DNA from: Coprobacillaceae bacterium
GTDB lineage: Bacteria > Bacillota_I > Bacilli_A > Erysipelotrichales > Coprobacillaceae
Reading direction: 5' to 3'
Length of the DNA: 32,000 bases
NCBI GenBank assembly: GCA_963675515.1
Contig: OY776328.1
Coordinates: 2,100,001 to 2,132,000 of the forward strand
Both the position numbers and the translations under genes were made by a program. Below the pieces are notes generated by a model that did no database searches, was not told the DNA's origin, and worked only from the letters and a program-made list of their open reading frames with translations. This document shows, in pieces, positions 28,781-32,000 of the stretch; position 1 is the stretch's first letter, and each line of letters begins with the position of its first letter.

Positions 28781-28784
28781 AAGC

Positions 28785-29903
28785 TCACCCCTTTTCAACC
28801 AGAGGCGTGTTTTCAATCATCTGGTAGATTGCATTGTCCAGTGAATGAAACAGGACGGCATCTTCGTGATGCCAGTGCAGATACAAGGGAGTGCCGATCA
28901 ACGGCATTTCCTGACCGGCAAGACGTTCAATGGTAACCCGGTTGCCATTGCTCAAGGTAACGATCCCCTTGATTATCGAACCAACGTAAACGTAGGTTGA
29001 CATCTCACCCAACAGTTCGAATCCGCCAACTGGCTCCATTGAATATCTGAGCTTTTCCGGCCGGATTGAAATATTGACAAGATCCCCTTTTTCGAAGTCA
29101 TCATCAATCGAATCGAAATAACCCTCCTCGGTCCTCACTTTGATTCCACTTGAATTCTTGTCCTCCACATACCCGTCAAAAACATTGGTCTCACCAATGA
29201 ATGTGGCGACAAACTTCGTTTTTGGTTTCTCGTATATCTCTTCCGGGGTCCCGATCTGGTCGATGACACCCTGGTGCATGACCGCAATCCGATCACTCAT
29301 AGTCAGCGCCTCCTCTTGGTCATGGGTGACATAGACGAAAGTGATATTCAGTTTCCGCTGCAGTTGCTTCAATTCCAGCTGCATCTGTTTTCTGAGTTTC
29401 AGATCCAATGCGCCCAACGGTTCATCAAGCAAGAGGACTTTCGGTTCATTGATCAAAGCCCGGGCAATCGCAACCCTTTGCTTCTGTCCTCCAGAGAGCT
29501 GGTCGGGGTACCTGTCCCCGAATCCATCAAGTTGGACCAGACTGAGCATTTCATTTACTTTCTCGTTTATGATCTCTTTGGAAACCTTCTTGATTTTCAA
29601 ACCATATGCGATGTTTTGAAAAATGGTTTTGTGAGGAAAAAGCGCATAAGACTGGAATACCGTATTCACATTTCTTTCAAACGGTTCTTTGCCCTCAACT
29701 TCCTCGTTTTCAATCTTGATTTTACCGCTCGACACCTGTTCAAATCCGGCAATCATCCGCAAAGTTGTGGTCTTACCACATCCTGAACTGCCAAGCAGTG
29801 TCAGGAATTCCCCTTCGTAGATATCAAGATTCAAATCCTTTACTACATGATTCGCACCATATAATTTATTCACGCTCTTTATTTCGATGATGTTTTTCTT
29901 CAA
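28785..29903 (-). CDS. potA: Spermidine/putrescine ABC transporter ATP-binding protein (PotA-like)
   Basis: The 372-aa ORF has Walker A GSSGCGKTT, the signature LSGGQKQR and Walker B LLLDEPLGALD. It also has a C-terminal regulatory/TOBE-like domain. The start codon is a TTG 6 nt after GGGGGA, and no nearby ATG exists. Confidence 0.88.
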   Translation of the reverse strand: MKKNIIEIKSVNKLYGANHVVKDLNLDIYEGEFLTLLGSSGCGKTTTLRMIAGFEQVSSGKIKIENEEVEGKEPFERNVNTVFQSYALFPHKTIFQNIAYGLKIKKVSKEIINEKVNEMLSLVQLDGFGDRYPDQLSGGQKQRVAIARALINEPKVLLLDEPLGALDLKLRKQMQLELKQLQRKLNITFVYVTHDQEEALTMSDRIAVMHQGVIDQIGTPEEIYEKPKTKFVATFIGETNVFDGYVEDKNSSGIKVRTEEGYFDSIDDDFEKGDLVNISIRPEKLRYSMEPVGGFELLGEMSTYVYVGSIIKGIVTLSNGNRVTIERLAGQEMPLIGTPLYLHWHHEDAVLFHSLDNAIYQMIENTPLVEKG

Positions 29904-29918
29904 GACAATTCCCCCTAT

Positions 29919-30266
29919 CTATAAAGCCTTAGCCCCTCTTTCACCTGTTCGAATTCTGATTGCATTATCAATAGGTTTAATAAATATCTTACCGTCACCG
30001 ACATGTCCAGTAGCGACTTTTTCTTGAACGTTCATAATTAGTGCCTCAACATCGTCGTCTTCAACAACAACACTAACCTGGATTTTTGGTAATAAATTTA
30101 TTGAAACTTTCAGTCCCCGTAATTCATTAAAATGAGATAAGTCCCCTTTTTGACTACCACATCCCATCACGGTTGTAATTGTCATTCCGCCGTAGTTCAT
30201 TTCATCGACGATTTGTTTGACTACCTCTAATTTCTCAGGTCTAATGATCATCACTAATTCTTTCAT
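29919..30266 (-). CDS. glnB: PII nitrogen-regulatory signal-transduction protein (GlnB/GlnK family)
   Basis: The 115-aa ORF starts MKELVMIIRPEKLEVVKQ. It has GMT.T.V.G.G.QKG, the B-loop TGHVGDGKIF and the C-terminal RIRTGERGAKAL. An AGGAGG SD is present. The stop lies 15 nt before the potA start. Confidence 0.88.
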   Translation of the reverse strand: MKELVMIIRPEKLEVVKQIVDEMNYGGMTITTVMGCGSQKGDLSHFNELRGLKVSINLLPKIQVSVVVEDDDVEALIMNVQEKVATGHVGDGKIFIKPIDNAIRIRTGERGAKAL

Positions 30267-30284
30267 ACGTTTTCCTCCTGTGAC

Positions 30285-30311
30285 AAGAAGTTATCGCGAT
30301 AATAACTTCTT
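30285..30311. promoter_or_regulatory. Inverted repeat AAGAAGTTAT-N7-ATAACTTCTT at about +1 to +26 of the operon (candidate operator or 5' UTR hairpin)
   Basis: The 10-bp arms are perfect (30285-30294 and 30302-30311). They begin about 6 nt downstream of the -10 box and end just upstream of the SD. Confidence 0.5.
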
Positions 30312-30316
30312 ATTAC

Positions 30317-30344
30317 ATTATAACATGTCATTCTCTACTGTCAA
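30317..30344 (-). promoter_or_regulatory. Near-consensus sigma-A promoter of the PII-pot-pat operon
   Basis: The minus strand reads TTGACA (30344-30339), a 16-nt spacer, then TATAAT (30322-30317), about 50 nt upstream of the PII ATG. Confidence 0.7.
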
Positions 30345-30889
30345 TGTCACTTAAGTACAAGTGCAGAATTGTTTTTTAGGCTGACATCACAAATTTTTAC
30401 GGAATATATTGTGCAATCAACATCTACCAGACAACAAAGGCGGGTAATTTTCGTACCCTAATTTTGTCTTATCCGATTTTATATGGATCCAATATATGGG
30501 CCGAACAGTGCAAACATACGATGCCAATATGAAAATAAACGGTTACCACCTGATATCCGGACAATATTCTCTCAGCCGCCAAATGAAGTGTCATTTGTCT
30601 AACCACCATCCATTTTTCGACCCGAAAAAGGTCTGAACACAGGAGTTTGGAGTGCACCTGCCACATTGTACACCAGGCAATACCACATTGTACATCGAAA
30701 GGCCTGCCTTCAATTTCAAGACTGCAAGATAGACTCGCCACCAGCACAACTCATACCAGTCATTTTATCCGTATCCGACGATTTCCTGCCAACGTTCAAA
30801 CGTGGCTTCAAATCATGCGGTTCCACCTGAAATTAAAAGTAGTGCAGATTCATATCAAAAGCTGTGACTGCATATTCCAATTGGAGGGA

Positions 30890-31178
30890 TTAAATGTAGG
30901 CGTCAAATATGCAAAAAAAGTTACCCGGAATTCCAGATAACTTGACAATCATATATCACTTCATTTAACTTGATAGTTCAATTTCAATTATCCGACCATT
31001 TCTCGACTACGTCCTTCATCAAGTAGAGATGGAGCGCTTTAAAGGTGTCCATTTTCCTGTTGGGGATTAGTGCAAAATATCCCAGATACCGTTTGGCTTT
31101 ACGGATTGCTCCTTCTTTGTAGATCACGGTTATGCCACCTTTAGGCGACTTCTTAACTTTGAAGAATTCAGCGTATGA
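30890..31178 (-). pseudogene. Decayed 3' remnant of an IS1634-like transposase gene
   Basis: The open segment 30984-31178 encodes FFKVKKSPKGGITVIYKEGAIRKAKRYLGYFALIPNRKMDTFKALHLYLMKDVVEKWSDN*. This parallels KTAGWVVLISNDISDAQKAITIYRDKDVVEKGF of the intact transposase at 16955-18550. Downstream, a shifted frame gives GNFFCIFDAYI (compare GKLFVGFIASVI), followed by stops. There is no N-terminal part. Confidence 0.55.
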
Positions 31179-31186
31179 TTATTCGT

Positions 31187-32000
<814 letters not shown>

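Noticed and set aside
29274-29786. 170-aa plus-strand ORF inside potA. Similar long antisense ORFs occur inside the dehydrogenase (25427-25894, 24729-25169), patA (23275-23701) and pulA (4007-4339).
   Set aside because: These are shadow ORFs opposite strongly supported genes. They have low-complexity or Arg/Ser/Cys-rich composition, no SD and no recognisable motifs.
30469-30940. ORFs of 92 aa (minus strand) and 97 aa (plus strand) in the gene-free stretch upstream of the PII promoter.
   Set aside because: Both are Cys/Trp/His-rich with no SD, and they overlap each other on opposite strands. The region is better explained as decayed IS debris.

Overview
This 32 kb window looks like a low-GC Gram-positive (Firmicutes or Erysipelotrichia-like) chromosome. 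The signs are GGAGG-type ribosome-binding sites, lipobox lipoproteins, and TGA used as a stop codon, so the standard code 11 applies. Almost all genes lie on the minus strand, in three blocks. (1) 1-1542 is the 5' part of a PRD/HTH sugar regulator, followed by about 880 bp with no intact gene. (2) 2.4-22.6 kb is a maltodextrin/alpha-glucan locus. On the minus strand it runs: small membrane protein, AraC-type response regulator, YesM-type histidine kinase, terminator, cre-bearing promoter, MalE/MdxE-like binding protein, MalF-like and MalG-like permeases, a second large LplA-type binding lipoprotein, then a type I pullulanase. On the plus strand it has an MsmX/MsmK-type ATPase, alpha-glucan phosphorylase and 4-alpha-glucanotransferase. 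Two complete IS elements sit in this locus. An IS6-family element with perfect 12-bp terminal inverted repeats and an 8-bp target duplication lies 23 nt upstream of the pullulanase ATG. An IS1634-like element lies between the ATPase terminator and the glgP promoter. (3) 23.2-30.3 kb is one tightly packed minus-strand operon behind a near-consensus sigma-A promoter: a PII (GlnB/GlnK-family) signal protein, potA, potB, potC, potD, an aminoaldehyde dehydrogenase, and a PatA/YgjG-like putrescine aminotransferase. I consider the PII gene leading a polyamine import and catabolism operon the most interesting candidate system. Other points are a frameshifted roughly 360-bp copy of an internal piece of the first regulator gene at 22.66-23.02 kb, a decayed IS1634-like transposase remnant at about 30.9-31.2 kb, a YczE-like membrane protein, and the 3' end of a GH1 6-phospho-beta-glucosidase at the right edge. 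I saw no CRISPR array, rRNA or tRNA.
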